NCBI GenBank assembly: GCA_047602405.1
Contig: JASGHJ010000002.1
Location: 160,001 to 224,000 of the forward strand
DNA from: Anaeromyxobacteraceae bacterium
GTDB taxonomy: Bacteria > Myxococcota > Myxococcia > Myxococcales > Anaeromyxobacteraceae
Reading direction: 5' to 3'
Length of the DNA: 64,000 bases
In this document: one piece after another, positions 32,624 through 43,922 of the stretch
Layout of the letters: each line of letters begins with the position of its first letter
Numbering within the stretch: position 1 is the stretch's first letter
Notes under the pieces: generated by a model
Databases searched by the model: none
Seen by the model: the letters and a program-made list of their open reading frames with translations, nothing else
What the model was told of the DNA's origin: nothing
Program-made: the position numbers and the translations under genes

Positions 32624-33846
32624 CCCGCCGCAAGCTCTACACCGCCGCCGGCACCCTCGTCGTCGCAGGGCTCGCCACCGCGCTCCTCTCCGGGGGCGCG
32701 AAGCCGCCGTCGTTCCGGACCGAGGCCGTGAAGCGCGGCACGCTCACCGTCGCGGTGAGCGCGACCGGCACGCTCCAGCCCACGAACCAGGTGGACGTCG
32801 GCTCGGAGCTCTCCGGCGTCGTCCGCGCCGTGGAGGCCACCTACAACCAGCGCGTCGAGCAGGGGCAGGTGCTCGCCCGCCTCGACCCGACGAAGCTCGA
32901 GGCCCAGGCCGCCCAGAACGCGGCGGCGCTCGCCTCCGCGCGCGCCAAGGTCGCCCAGGCCGGCGCGACCGTGGACGAGGATCGGCAGCAGCTCGCCCGG
33001 CTCGAGGCCGTCCGGGAGAAGTCGGGCGGTAAGGTGCCCGCCCAGGCCGACCTCGACGCCGCGACCGCCGCGCTCGCCCGCGCCAGGGCCGACCTCGCCG
33101 CCGCCGAGGCCGCCGCGCAGCAGGCGCGCGCGGCGCTCGACGCCACCCGGGTGGACCTCACGAAGGCGGTGGTCCGGTCGCCGGTGACCGGCGTGGTGCT
33201 GAAGCGCTCGATCGAGCCCGGGCAGACCGTCGCCGCGAGCCTCTCGGCGCCGGTGCTCTTCACGGTCGCCGAGGACCTCCGCCGGATGGAGCTGCAGGTG
33301 GCGGTCGACGAGGCCGACGTCGGCCGGGTGAAGGCCGGGCAGGAGGCGCGCTTCACGGTGGACGCCTTCCCGGGCCGCACGTTCACGGCGCGGGTCGCCC
33401 AGGTGCGGCTCGGGGCGACGACCTCGAGCGGCGTCGTCACCTACACGACCGTGCTCGCGGTCGACAACGACGACCTCGCGCTCTTCCCCGGGATGACCGC
33501 GACGGCGTCGATCGTGGTCGAGCGCGCGGAGGGGGCGCTCCTCGTGCCCGCCGCGGCGCTCCGCTGGTCGCCGCCGGCGCCTCCCGGCAGCGGGCAGGGC
33601 GGCGCCACGCCCGGTGGGCCTCCGGGCATCCTCGGGAAGCTCATGCCGCGGCCGCCGGGCGACGCCCCGCCTCCGGCCGCGCAGTCCGGTGCGCCGCGGA
33701 TCCACGTGCTCCGCGACGGCCGGCCCGAGCCGGTGGAGGTGACGGTGGGGCCCACCGACGGCGCGCTCACCGCCGTCGCGGCGGGCGGGGTCGCCGAGGG
33801 CGCACGGGTCGTCGTGGGCACGGCCACCGGCGGGAGCGCGCCGTGA
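32620..33846 (+). CDS. MacA-like efflux periplasmic adaptor
   Basis: VSATGTLQP..VDVGSELSG, RSPVTG, VDEADVG; ATGA overlap. Confidence 0.92.
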   Translation: MTRRKLYTAAGTLVVAGLATALLSGGAKPPSFRTEAVKRGTLTVAVSATGTLQPTNQVDVGSELSGVVRAVEATYNQRVEQGQVLARLDPTKLEAQAAQNAAALASARAKVAQAGATVDEDRQQLARLEAVREKSGGKVPAQADLDAATAALARARADLAAAEAAAQQARAALDATRVDLTKAVVRSPVTGVVLKRSIEPGQTVAASLSAPVLFTVAEDLRRMELQVAVDEADVGRVKAGQEARFTVDAFPGRTFTARVAQVRLGATTSSGVVTYTTVLAVDNDDLALFPGMTATASIVVERAEGALLVPAAALRWSPPAPPGSGQGGATPGGPPGILGKLMPRPPGDAPPPAAQSGAPRIHVLRDGRPEPVEVTVGPTDGALTAVAAGGVAEGARVVVGTATGGSAP

Positions 33847-34540
33847 GCGCGCTCATCGAGCTCCGCGGCGTCTCGAAGGTGTACGGCGAGGGCTCCGCCG
33901 CGGTGACCGCGCTGCGGGCGGTCGACCTCGAGATCGGCCGCGGCGACTTCGTGGCGGTCATGGGCCCGAGCGGCTCCGGGAAGTCCACCGCGCTCAACAT
34001 CCTCGGCTGCCTCGACGTGCCGACCGGCGGGAGCTACCGCTTCCACGGCGTGGAGGTCGGCTCCCTCTCCCGCGACGAGCGCGCGAGGCTGCGCAGGTTC
34101 CAGCTCGGCTTCGTGTTCCAGGGGTTCAACCTGCTCGGGCGCACCTCCGCGCTCGAGAACGTGGAGCTGCCGCTCGTCTATCGCGGGGTGCCGGCCGGGA
34201 AGCGCCGCGCCGCGGCCCGCGAGGCGCTCGCCTCGGTCGGGCTCGAGGGGCGGGAGGACCACACGCCCGCGGAGCTGTCCGGCGGCCAGCAGCAGCGCGT
34301 CGCCATCGCCCGCGCGGTGGTGACCGGCCCGGCGGTGCTCTTCGCCGACGAGCCCACCGGCAACCTCGACACCGCGCGCTCGCGGGAGGTGATGGCGCTG
34401 CTCCGCCGGCTCAACGAGGAGCGCGGGATCACGCTCGTCGTGGTGACGCACGAGGCGGACGTCGCGGCGTGGGCGCGGCGCACCGTGCGCTTCGTCGACG
34501 GCATCGTCGAGTCCGACCGCCAGAACCCGGAGCCCGCCCG

Positions 34541-34547
<7 letters not shown>
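33843..34547 (+). CDS. ABC transporter ATPase (MacB/LolD-like)
   Basis: [30 protein letters not shown]. Confidence 0.95.
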
Positions 34548-35752
<1,205 letters not shown>

Positions 35753-35755
35753 GCG

Positions 35756-37258
35756 CTACCGCGCCGGCGCCTCGAGCCCGGGTGGCACCCGGTCCTTCCA
35801 CGGCCGCGCCTCCTCGAGCTGGGCGGCGACGCGCAGGATCGTGGCCTCGTCCGCGAACCGGCCCACGAGCTGGACGCCCACCGGGAGGCCGTCGGGCGTC
35901 CAGTGCAGCGGCACGCTCGCGGCGGGCTGGCCGGTCTCGTTGAAGAGCATGGTGAAGCCGGTCGCCTCGTAGCTGCGCTCGGAGAGCTGCTGGAAGAGCT
36001 GCTCGAGCATGAGGCGGTTCGGCACCGTCGCGAAGACCCACAGCGCGGCGCGCTCGTGGATCCGCGCGCCGAGGGTCCCGAGCTCCACCGGCGGCTGCGC
36101 GAGCGTCGGCGTGAGGAGGAGGTCGTAGCGCTCGTGGAAGAGCGCGAGCGCGCGGGCGGCCCGGTGGACCTCGCGCATCGCTCCGGCCACCTCGGCCGCG
36201 GAGAGCACCCGCCCCCCGACGGCGAGCGCCCAGGTCTCCGGCTCGAGCTCCTCCCAGCGCGCCTTGCGGCCGAGGGCGGCCTCCGACTCCGCCACGTCGG
36301 CCGCGACCCCGGCGGCGAGCACGACGAGGTACGCGCGCACGAGCCGCTCGCGGTCGAACGGCGGCCGCTCCTCGACGAGCTCGTGGCCGAGCCCCTCGAG
36401 CAGCTTCGCCGCCTCGTGGATTGCCGCCCCGCACTCGGCGTGGACGGCGTGGCTGAAGAACGGCGCGGTCGTGAAGGCGATGCGGAGCTTCGCGGGAGGC
36501 GCGGCGAGCGCCTCGGAGAACGGGCGCGCCGGCGCGGGGAGCGGGCAGGGATCGCCCGGCGCGGGGCCGAGCGCGAAGGCATCGAGGAACGCGGCCGCGT
36601 CGCGCACCGAGCGGCAGAGCACGCCGTGCGAGTCCCAGCCGTCCCAGAGGCCGGTCGCGTCCGGCGCGAAGGGCACGCGGCCCCGGGTGGTCTTGAGGCC
36701 GAAGACGCCGCACGCGGAGGCGGGGATGCGCACCGAGCCGCCGTGGTCGGTGCCGTGCGCCATTGGGACGATGCGCGCGGCGACCGCGGCGCCCGCGCCG
36801 CCCGAGGAGCCGCCGGAGGAGCGCGCGAGGTTCCAGGGGTTCCGGGTCGGGCCGCGGAAGGCCGGCTCGGTCGTCCCCATGATCCCGAACTCGGGCAGGT
36901 TGGTCTGGCCGAAGGGCACGAGCCCGGCGGCGAGGCCGCGCTCGACGACGAGAGCGTTCACGCCGGGTCGATCGCCGGCCCTGAGGCGGGAGGAGCCGGT
37001 GAGGGTCTGGCCCGCCCAGGCGGCGTGGAGGTCCTTCCAGAGGAAGGGCACGCCCGAGAGCGGGCCGCGCGGCAGGGGGCTCCGCGCGCGGAGGCGGGCC
37101 CCGGCGTCGTCGCGGGTGACGATGGCGTTGAGCCGTGCGTTGCGGGCGTCGGCCCGCGCGAGCGCCGCCTCGAGCAGCTCGAGGGCGGTGGCCTCCCCCG
37201 CGGCGACGAGCCGCGCGAGGCCGACCGCGTCGAGCGCGTCGTAGGCGCCGAGGCTCAC
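35756..37258 (-). CDS. Amidase-signature family protein
   Basis: GVPFLWKD, GGSSGG, GTDHGGSVRIPAS, GLPVGVQ. Confidence 0.93.
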   Translation of the reverse strand: MSLGAYDALDAVGLARLVAAGEATALELLEAALARADARNARLNAIVTRDDAGARLRARSPLPRGPLSGVPFLWKDLHAAWAGQTLTGSSRLRAGDRPGVNALVVERGLAAGLVPFGQTNLPEFGIMGTTEPAFRGPTRNPWNLARSSGGSSGGAGAAVAARIVPMAHGTDHGGSVRIPASACGVFGLKTTRGRVPFAPDATGLWDGWDSHGVLCRSVRDAAAFLDAFALGPAPGDPCPLPAPARPFSEALAAPPAKLRIAFTTAPFFSHAVHAECGAAIHEAAKLLEGLGHELVEERPPFDRERLVRAYLVVLAAGVAADVAESEAALGRKARWEELEPETWALAVGGRVLSAAEVAGAMREVHRAARALALFHERYDLLLTPTLAQPPVELGTLGARIHERAALWVFATVPNRLMLEQLFQQLSERSYEATGFTMLFNETGQPAASVPLHWTPDGLPVGVQLVGRFADEATILRVAAQLEEARPWKDRVPPGLEAPAR

Positions 37259-37638
37259 TGTTTCAGCGCAGGCTTGTGGGCCTGGCCCTCGTCGAACCCG
37301 TGCGCGACGGAGAAGTGGTAGACGGCGTACGGCTCGTCACCCCCGCCGATGAGCTCGAACAGGTACGCCCCGTCCTCCGCGTCGGGATCGGGCATGGCCT
37401 GCACGAACAGGACCTCCCGCACCTCGATGACGAGCTCGGCGAGGAGCTGCTTGCCGCGCAGGAGCTGGACCGTCGGGGTCCGGTCCTCCTCTTCCTCGAG
37501 GTGCCAGTGTAGATCCTCGTGGTCGTAGAGGAAGCTGTCGGGCGTCCCCGCGCGCAGGATGCAGTTCGGGTGGCGCTTCAGCCAGCGCCAGAACCGATCG
37601 AACTGGAGCGTGGTGCCGGTCTCTACGGTGACGGTCAT
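37255..37638 (-). CDS. Hypothetical protein coupled to the amidase
   Basis: Normal codon usage (MTVTVETGTTLQFDRFWRWL); stop overlaps the amidase GTG. Confidence 0.75.
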   Translation of the reverse strand: MTVTVETGTTLQFDRFWRWLKRHPNCILRAGTPDSFLYDHEDLHWHLEEEEDRTPTVQLLRGKQLLAELVIEVREVLFVQAMPDPDAEDGAYLFELIGGGDEPYAVYHFSVAHGFDEGQAHKPALKQ

Positions 37639-37669
37639 GGGCGGCGAATATAGTCGGGTGGGAGGTTTC

Positions 37670-38353
37670 ATGGTGCTCGAGCGCGCGGGCTGGTCGTTCC
37701 TGGTGGTCCTCGCCTTCTCGGGGTGTGCCTCGGCCGGCGCGGGCCCCGCCCGGCCCCGGACCGATCGGGTCGGCCCGGCCTTCGCGGACGTGCGGAAGGT
37801 GGCGGTCTTCCGGGAGAAGGGCGCCGAGAAGAAGGCGCCCGGCAAGGACCTCCTCGACGGCGTGGCCGACTCCCTCGCCCGGCGCGGCTGGACGGTGGTC
37901 CAGGAGACGCCCACGCCGGAGGGCGAGAAGGCGCTCGCGGCGCTGCACGATCGGCTCGACCCGTGGAAGGGGCCGGCCCTCGACGCGCGCCGCGGGGTGG
38001 TCTTCGGCGTCGCGGAGGGCGCCGGCGACCTCGTGCGGCAGGCCGGGCTCGACGCCGTCGCCTTCACCTACCGGTTCGTCCGCGTGCAGGCGATGGACAG
38101 CGTCCAGAACCAGAACCCGTGGGCCGCGCCGCGCACCGACCTGCGCAACCAGATCACCGGCGCGATCGTCCTCGTCTCGGCCCGCGACGAGGTGGCGCGG
38201 GTGGACTGGGGGCGCCTCGAGCGCGCGGACCTCTCGACCTCGCCGGAGAACGCGGCCGAGGCGATCGACGCGCTCATGATGGCGCTCGACGCCGAGAAGG
38301 AGCCGCCGCCCGGCGAGGGCGCGCCGGCGGTCGTCAGGCCGCCGGGGATGTAG
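37670..38353 (+). CDS. Hypothetical lipoprotein
   Basis: GGAGG RBS; lipobox FSGC. Confidence 0.7.
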   Translation: MVLERAGWSFLVVLAFSGCASAGAGPARPRTDRVGPAFADVRKVAVFREKGAEKKAPGKDLLDGVADSLARRGWTVVQETPTPEGEKALAALHDRLDPWKGPALDARRGVVFGVAEGAGDLVRQAGLDAVAFTYRFVRVQAMDSVQNQNPWAAPRTDLRNQITGAIVLVSARDEVARVDWGRLERADLSTSPENAAEAIDALMMALDAEKEPPPGEGAPAVVRPPGM

Positions 38354-39512
38354 GGGGCCGGACGGTGAGCGTCGAGACGGCCGCGACCTCGCCGCCGCGC
38401 AGGTAGAGCCGCGGCACGCGCGCCGCCACGCCGGCGAGCACGTCCCAGGAGATGGTGTCGGCGAGCGCCGCGAGCTCGTCGGCGTCGACCCGCTCCTCGC
38501 CGTCCCTGCCGATGAGCGTCGCGACGTCCCCGGGCGCGGCGCCCGGCACCGCGGTGACGTCGACCATGAACATGTCCATCGCGATGCGGCCCACCACGGG
38601 CGCGCGGCGTCCGCGCACGAGCACGTGGGCGCGGTTCGACAGGCCGCGGCGGTAGCCGTCCGCGTAGCCGGCCATCACGAGGGCGACGCGCGAGGGCCGG
38701 GCGGCGGCCCAGGTGCGGCCGTAGCCGACGGTGGCCCCGCGCTCGACCTCCATGACCCGCGCGACGCGCGCGCGGAGCGCGAGCGCCTGGACGAGCTCGG
38801 CGTCGGCGCCCACCCAGGGCGCGGGCTTGTAGCCGTAGATGGAGAGGCCGGTGCGGACCGCGTCGAGGCTCATCTCGGGGTCGACGAGCACGCTCGCGGA
38901 GGCGGAGCAATGCCGCTCGGGGATCCAGGGCACCCGCGCCGCGGTGGCCTTCAACACGTCGAACTGCCGTCGCGTGAAGCGCTGGTCGCCCTCCTCGGCG
39001 GCGGCGAAGTGGGTGAAGAGCCCCTGGACCTTCAGCCCCGGCAGCGCGCGGGCGCGCCCGGCGAGCGCGACGAGCGCGTCCGGCGCGAGCCCGTGCCGGT
39101 TGAGGCCGGTCTCGAGCTCGAGGTCCACCTCCACGGGCCGCGGCGCGCCGCGCGCGGCGGCGGAGAGCGCCTCCAGGAACTCGGCGGAGCCGGCGGCGGC
39201 CCGGAGGCCCAGCTCGACGACCCGGCCCGCGTCGGAAGGCGGGGTCCAGCCGACCACCAGGATGGGCGCGGTGATCCCGGCCTGCCGGAGCTCCTCGGCC
39301 TCGTCCACCGCGACCACCACGAGCGCCTGCGCGCCGGCCTCGAGCGCGGCCCGGCCGACCGCCACCGCGCCGTGCCCGTAGGCGTTCGCCTTCACGACCG
39401 CCCAGAGCTTCGCCGGCGCGGCGCGCGCCGCGAGCAGCTTCACGTTACGTGCGATGGCGTCGAGGTCGACCTCGGCCCACACGGGCCGGCCGGGCCACTC
39501 CGAGGGATTCAT
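38334..39512 (-). CDS. alr: Alanine racemase
   Basis: AVVKANAYGHG, THFA, GYG, GYADG, GRIAMD. Confidence 0.95.
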   Translation of the reverse strand: MNPSEWPGRPVWAEVDLDAIARNVKLLAARAAPAKLWAVVKANAYGHGAVAVGRAALEAGAQALVVVAVDEAEELRQAGITAPILVVGWTPPSDAGRVVELGLRAAAGSAEFLEALSAAARGAPRPVEVDLELETGLNRHGLAPDALVALAGRARALPGLKVQGLFTHFAAAEEGDQRFTRRQFDVLKATAARVPWIPERHCSASASVLVDPEMSLDAVRTGLSIYGYKPAPWVGADAELVQALALRARVARVMEVERGATVGYGRTWAAARPSRVALVMAGYADGYRRGLSNRAHVLVRGRRAPVVGRIAMDMFMVDVTAVPGAAPGDVATLIGRDGEERVDADELAALADTISWDVLAGVAARVPRLYLRGGEVAAVSTLTVRPPTSPAA

Positions 39513-39569
39513 GGGCGGCAGGATAGTCGCGAGGGGGTCGGGCGGGAAGCGGACACGGAGAGGGATGCC

Positions 39570-39837
39570 GGGACGGAGGCGGAGACGGAGGCGGAGGCGG
39601 AGACGGAGGCGGAGACGGACACGGACACGGCCACGGCCACGGACACGGCCAACGGATACGGCCAACGGATACGGCCAACGGATACGGCCAACGGACCGCG
39701 GCTACGGAAACGGTCCGTAGCCGCTGGCCGTAGCCGTAGCCGCTGACCGTAGCCGCTGACCGTAGCCGCTGACCGTAGCCGTTGGCCGTTGGCCGTTGGC
39801 CGTAGCCGTAGCCGCTGACCGCGGCCGTGTCCGTCCC
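39570..39837. repeat. Composite tandem and inverted repeat
   Basis: CGGAGG/CGGAGA/CGGACA hexamers and ACGGCCAACGGAT units on the left; central GCGGCTACGGA-AACGG-TCCGTAGCCGC hairpin; CCGTAGCCGCTGA and CCGTTGG units on the right. Confidence 0.9.
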
Positions 39838-39847
39838 GGACGCTCCT

Positions 39848-41002
39848 CTACAAGAAGCTGTCCTGGTACCCCGGATCCTCGATCCCCAGCGCCGCCTTCG
39901 TCGGCATGAGCGGGGCGGCGCAGTCGAGCATCACGGCGAGCTCGTTCGTCGTCTTCGCGCCGATCGAGCCCTCGTAGGCCCCGGGGTGCGGGCCGTGCAT
40001 CACGCCCGCCGGGTGGAACGAGATGGAGCCGGGTCCCACCCCGCGCCGCGAGGTGAACTCGCCGCGGACGTAGAAGAGGATCTCGTCCACGTCGACGGAG
40101 GCGTGCGGGTAGGGGCAGGGGATCGCCTCGGGGTGGAAGTCGACCACCCGCGGCACGAACGAGCAGATGAGCGCGCCGTGCGTGGCGAAGGTGCCGTGCC
40201 AGGTGGGCGGCAGGTGCACGAGGCCCGCGCGCGGCTGGAAGTTCAGGATCGGGAACGCGAACGGGTAGACCGCGCCGTCCCAGCCGACGACGTCGAGCGG
40301 GGAGTGCTCGTGGCGGTGGCCGTGGAAGGCGTTGCCGCGCTTCACGACCACGTCGCGGATGCCCTCGTCCATCGGGCCCTTCCACTCGACGCGGCGGAAG
40401 TCGCGGTGCGAGTAGGGCGCGTCCATGCGGAGCTGGCCGGTGTCGTTGCGCCACTGGCGCGGCAGGTGGATCCCGCCGGCGCACTCGAGCGACAGCCAGC
40501 GCTGCGGGCCGGGGTCGGGGATCCAGCGGTGGAGCAGGCCCCGCGGGACGAAGACGTAGTCGTCCTTCTCGAAGCGCAGGTCCCCGAGCACCGAGCGCAG
40601 GACGCCCCCGCCCTCGAAAACGTACATGAGGTCGTCGCCGTCGGCGTTCTGGAAGTAGACCGGGTCGGGCTCGGTGGGCGTGACCATGCCCGCGACCACG
40701 TCGGCGTTGAAGAGGAGCGCGACCCGCGTGTCGATCGCCGGCCCCTTCACCGCCGGCAGGGCGCCGGTGCGGTAGTGGCGCCTGAGCAGCTTCCCGGGGT
40801 GCGCGGGCTCCGGCGGCGCGAAGCCGTGGCGCGTGTCCACCGAGCGGGTCGCGTGCGGGCGGTGCTGGTGGTAGGCGAGCGTGTAGGGCCCGTCGAAGCC
40901 GGCCCGCGTGTACGCCTCCTCGAAGAGGAGCCGCCCCGCTGCGTCCTTGAAGGCGATGTGGTGCTTCCGCGGCACCGCGCCCTGCTGGACCCGGTCGAGC
41001 AT
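39848..41002 (-). CDS. hmgA: Homogentisate 1,2-dioxygenase
   Basis: P.KHHI, NADGD, DVVGWDG, HLPP..H, PYPH, HGPHPG; operon context. Confidence 0.92.
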   Translation of the reverse strand: MLDRVQQGAVPRKHHIAFKDAAGRLLFEEAYTRAGFDGPYTLAYHQHRPHATRSVDTRHGFAPPEPAHPGKLLRRHYRTGALPAVKGPAIDTRVALLFNADVVAGMVTPTEPDPVYFQNADGDDLMYVFEGGGVLRSVLGDLRFEKDDYVFVPRGLLHRWIPDPGPQRWLSLECAGGIHLPRQWRNDTGQLRMDAPYSHRDFRRVEWKGPMDEGIRDVVVKRGNAFHGHRHEHSPLDVVGWDGAVYPFAFPILNFQPRAGLVHLPPTWHGTFATHGALICSFVPRVVDFHPEAIPCPYPHASVDVDEILFYVRGEFTSRRGVGPGSISFHPAGVMHGPHPGAYEGSIGAKTTNELAVMLDCAAPLMPTKAALGIEDPGYQDSFL

Positions 41003-42175
41003 CTAGAACCGCCCCTCCTGCTCCTGCTGCCGCTCGATGGACTCGAAGAGCGCCCGGAAGTTGCCCGCGCCGAAGCCCTGGTCGCCCTTGCGCTGGATGA
41101 TCTCGTAGAAGAACGGGCCCGCCTCGTACTCGCCGTAGAGCCCCGCGGAGTCGCGCAGGAAGATCTGCAGCATGTAGGACCCGGGCGCGCCGCCGTCGAC
41201 GAGGATCTCGAGCTTGCGCAGGTCCTCGATCTTCTCGTCGATCTTGCCGATGCCGGTCGTCTTGAGCCGATCCGGGAGCGCGTCGTAGTAGGTGCCGGGC
41301 GTCGGCATGAACTGCACGCCGGAGGCGCGCATCGCCTTCACCGAGGAGAGGATGTCGGTCACGGTGAGGGCCGCGTGCTGGATGCCGTCGCCGCGGTGGT
41401 CCTCGTTGAAGATGTTGATCTGGGAGGACTTGAACGCCGGCCGCCAGGGCTCGTTGTTCGCGAACTTCACGACGCCGGAGGCCATGTCCTTCATGACCAC
41501 CGAGCGCAGGCCGGAGCCCTTCTGCGCCTGGATCGCGGCGCGCTTCGCGGAGGCGGCGTCCTGGGTGTGGAACTGCACCTCCCAGAACTCCTCCATGCCG
41601 AGCACGTGCTCCATCCAGAGGAGCGCGGGCTTCATGGTCTGGAAGTTCGAGGTGAGGTGGTCGATGTGGCCGAAGCCGAGCTTGTTCGTGCCGCCCTTCG
41701 GCGCCGGGTGCACGACCATGCCCGGGTAGCCGCGGTAGCCCTTGCGCTCGACGTAGCGGAAGGTCGTGTCGGCGAGCGGCGTCGTGATGTGGAAGGTGCG
41801 GTAGGTGCCGCCCTCGTCGCGGTCCGTCTGGATGTCCTCGATGGGCGTGCCGCCGCGCTCCTCGAGCAGGCGGAACGTCTTCTCGATGTCCTCGACCTCG
41901 AAGACCACCGTGCCGACGCCGTCCGGGTGCTTGCGGAGGTAACGCCACGCCCGCCCGCCCTCGCCGAGCGGCTGGGAGCAGAGGACGTTCACGTCGCCGG
42001 CGCGGAAGAGGGCGGAGGTCTGGTGGCCCGCCTGCTCGAGCGCGGGGCTCGAGACCGCGACCTCGGCGAAGTCGAGCTTCTCGGTGTAGAAGCGCCGGCT
42101 GCGGCCGAGGTCGTGCACGTAGTAGTGCAGCGCCTCGACGCGGCGGATTCCCAGGGGCTCGAGCTTGGTCGTCAT
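41003..42175 (-). CDS. hppD: 4-hydroxyphenylpyruvate dioxygenase
   Basis: IDHL, SQI..F, GIQHAAL, FFYEIIQRKG, FGAGNFRALFESIERQQ. Confidence 0.95.
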   Translation of the reverse strand: MTTKLEPLGIRRVEALHYYVHDLGRSRRFYTEKLDFAEVAVSSPALEQAGHQTSALFRAGDVNVLCSQPLGEGGRAWRYLRKHPDGVGTVVFEVEDIEKTFRLLEERGGTPIEDIQTDRDEGGTYRTFHITTPLADTTFRYVERKGYRGYPGMVVHPAPKGGTNKLGFGHIDHLTSNFQTMKPALLWMEHVLGMEEFWEVQFHTQDAASAKRAAIQAQKGSGLRSVVMKDMASGVVKFANNEPWRPAFKSSQINIFNEDHRGDGIQHAALTVTDILSSVKAMRASGVQFMPTPGTYYDALPDRLKTTGIGKIDEKIEDLRKLEILVDGGAPGSYMLQIFLRDSAGLYGEYEAGPFFYEIIQRKGDQGFGAGNFRALFESIERQQEQEGRF

Positions 42176-42834
42176 GGGGTCCTCTTCTCCGGCGGCGGCG
42201 CGTCGGGCTGGCGGTCCGGGTGGGCCGCCTGGAAGGCCGGGAGGGCGCCGCACGCCTCCTCGACCCTGCGCAGGGTCGGGAACGGCGCGAGGTCGATCCC
42301 GAAGCGGCGCGCGTTGTACATCTGGGGCACGAGGTAGCAGTCGGCCAGTCCGGGCTCGTCGCCGCCCGCGTAGCGGCCGGCCGTGGCGGCGGCCGCCCGC
42401 TCGAGGCCGGCGAGCCCGCGCGCGATCCAGTGGCGGGCCCAGACCTTGTCGTAGCCGGCCTCCTTCTCGCGGAGCATCTTGAGCGGCGCCGCGTTCTGGA
42501 GCGGCTGGATGCCGGAGTTCACGTGCTCGGCGAGCGCCCGCACCTCGGCGCGCCGGTCGAGGTCGCGCGGCAGGAGCGGCGGGGTCGGGTGGCGCTCGTC
42601 CAGCCACTCGAGGATCGCCATCGACTGCGCGAGCCGGAGGACGTGCCCGCGCTCCTCCACCTCGAGCACCGGCACCTGCGCGAGCGGGCTGCGGGCCTGG
42701 TGCGCGTCGGAGAACTGCTCGCCCTCGAGGAGGTTCACCGCGACGTACGCGTAGGGGAGCCCCTTCAGCGCGAGGCCGATGCGGACGCGCCAGGCCGAGG
42801 AAGAGCGCCAGTAGGAGTAGAGGCGGTAGCTCAC
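42172..42834 (-). CDS. maiA: Maleylacetoacetate isomerase (GST zeta)
   Basis: LYSYWRSSSAWRVRIGL, QSMAILEWL, IQPLQN, AHPDRQPD. Confidence 0.93.
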   Translation of the reverse strand: MSYRLYSYWRSSSAWRVRIGLALKGLPYAYVAVNLLEGEQFSDAHQARSPLAQVPVLEVEERGHVLRLAQSMAILEWLDERHPTPPLLPRDLDRRAEVRALAEHVNSGIQPLQNAAPLKMLREKEAGYDKVWARHWIARGLAGLERAAAATAGRYAGGDEPGLADCYLVPQMYNARRFGIDLAPFPTLRRVEEACGALPAFQAAHPDRQPDAPPPEKRTP

Positions 42835-43808
42835 GGGGTGACCACCTTCTGGGAGATCGTGCCGAACGGGGAGCGGCCCGCCGCGTCCCGGACCTCGATC
42901 TCGACGGTGTCGCCGGCCTGCAGGAACCGGGTCCGCGCGCCGCCGTGCTCGATCATCTCCCGCGCCCGCACCTCGGCGATGCAGGAGTAGCCGCGGGCGG
43001 GGTCCTCGTTCGAGATGGTGCCGCTCCCGAGGATGGTGCCGGCGGTGAAGCCGCGGGTCCTCGCGACGTGCGCGAGGAGGTCGTGGAAGGAGAAGTGCAT
43101 CTCGGGGCCGGTGTCGGTCGAGCCGACCTCCTTCCCGTTCCAGCGCACGTGCATGCGCAGGTGCAGCCGGCCGTCGCGCCAGGCCGGGCCGAGCTCGTCG
43201 GGCGTCACCGCGAACGGGGAGAACGCCGTCGCCGGCTTCGACTGGAAGAAGCCGAAGCCCTTCGCGAGCTCGGGCGGGACGAGGTTGCGGTGGGTGACGT
43301 CGTTCGCGAGCAGCACGAGCCGCACGTGGCGGCCGGCGTCCGCGGCGGTCGTGCCGCGCGGCACGTCGCCGAGCACGACGCAGACCTCCGCCTCGAAGTC
43401 CATGCCCCAGGCCGGATCCGGGAGCGGGATGTCCTCGGTGGGCGCGAGCAGCACGCCCGAGCCGCCCTGGTAGACGAGGGGATCGGTCTCGAGGGTCGGC
43501 GGCGGCTCGGCGCCCCGGGCCTTCCGCACGAGGCGCACGTGGGTGAGGTAGGCCGACCCGTCCACCCACTCGTACGCGCGCGGCAGGGGAGAGAGGAGCG
43601 CCTTCGGATCGAGCGGCCGCGAGGGCGCGCGCCCGGCGTCGAGCTCGGCGGCGAGCGCGCGCAGGGGGCCCTCGCAGGCGTCCCAGCGGTCGAGCGCGGC
43701 CTGCAGCGTCGTCGCGATGGCCCCGGCGTCCGCGTACGCGGCGCCGTCCCGGCGGACCACGGCGAGCCGCCCGTCCCGGCTGCCGTCCTTCAGCGTGGCG
43801 AGTCGCAT
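42831..43808 (-). CDS. Fumarylacetoacetate hydrolase family protein
   Basis: MRLATLKDGSRDG, PLPRAYEWVDGSAY, DFEAE, NDV, GSGTISN. Confidence 0.92.
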   Translation of the reverse strand: MRLATLKDGSRDGRLAVVRRDGAAYADAGAIATTLQAALDRWDACEGPLRALAAELDAGRAPSRPLDPKALLSPLPRAYEWVDGSAYLTHVRLVRKARGAEPPPTLETDPLVYQGGSGVLLAPTEDIPLPDPAWGMDFEAEVCVVLGDVPRGTTAADAGRHVRLVLLANDVTHRNLVPPELAKGFGFFQSKPATAFSPFAVTPDELGPAWRDGRLHLRMHVRWNGKEVGSTDTGPEMHFSFHDLLAHVARTRGFTAGTILGSGTISNEDPARGYSCIAEVRAREMIEHGGARTRFLQAGDTVEIEVRDAAGRSPFGTISQKVVTP

Positions 43809-43922
43809 CGGCCGTGGGTGTAGCGCAGGACCCGCGGTCTGGCGAGGCTCGTGGGGTGCCCCCTTCGGGAGCGGTCCACGTTGCGCCGCGGCGCGACACC
43901 CCGCTATGGGAGGAGGGACTCC

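Noticed and set aside
31201..33846. Apparent 881-aa OMF-MacA fusion
   Set aside because: Produced by the frameshift near 31632; MacA has its own ATG at 32620 overlapping the OMF stop.
38334..38353. 20-nt convergent overlap between alr and the lipoprotein gene
   Set aside because: Short 3' overlaps are common in compact GC-rich genomes.
39570..39837. Possible CRISPR array (also 19011-19112)
   Set aside because: Units are 6-13 nt with no unique spacers and there are no cas genes.
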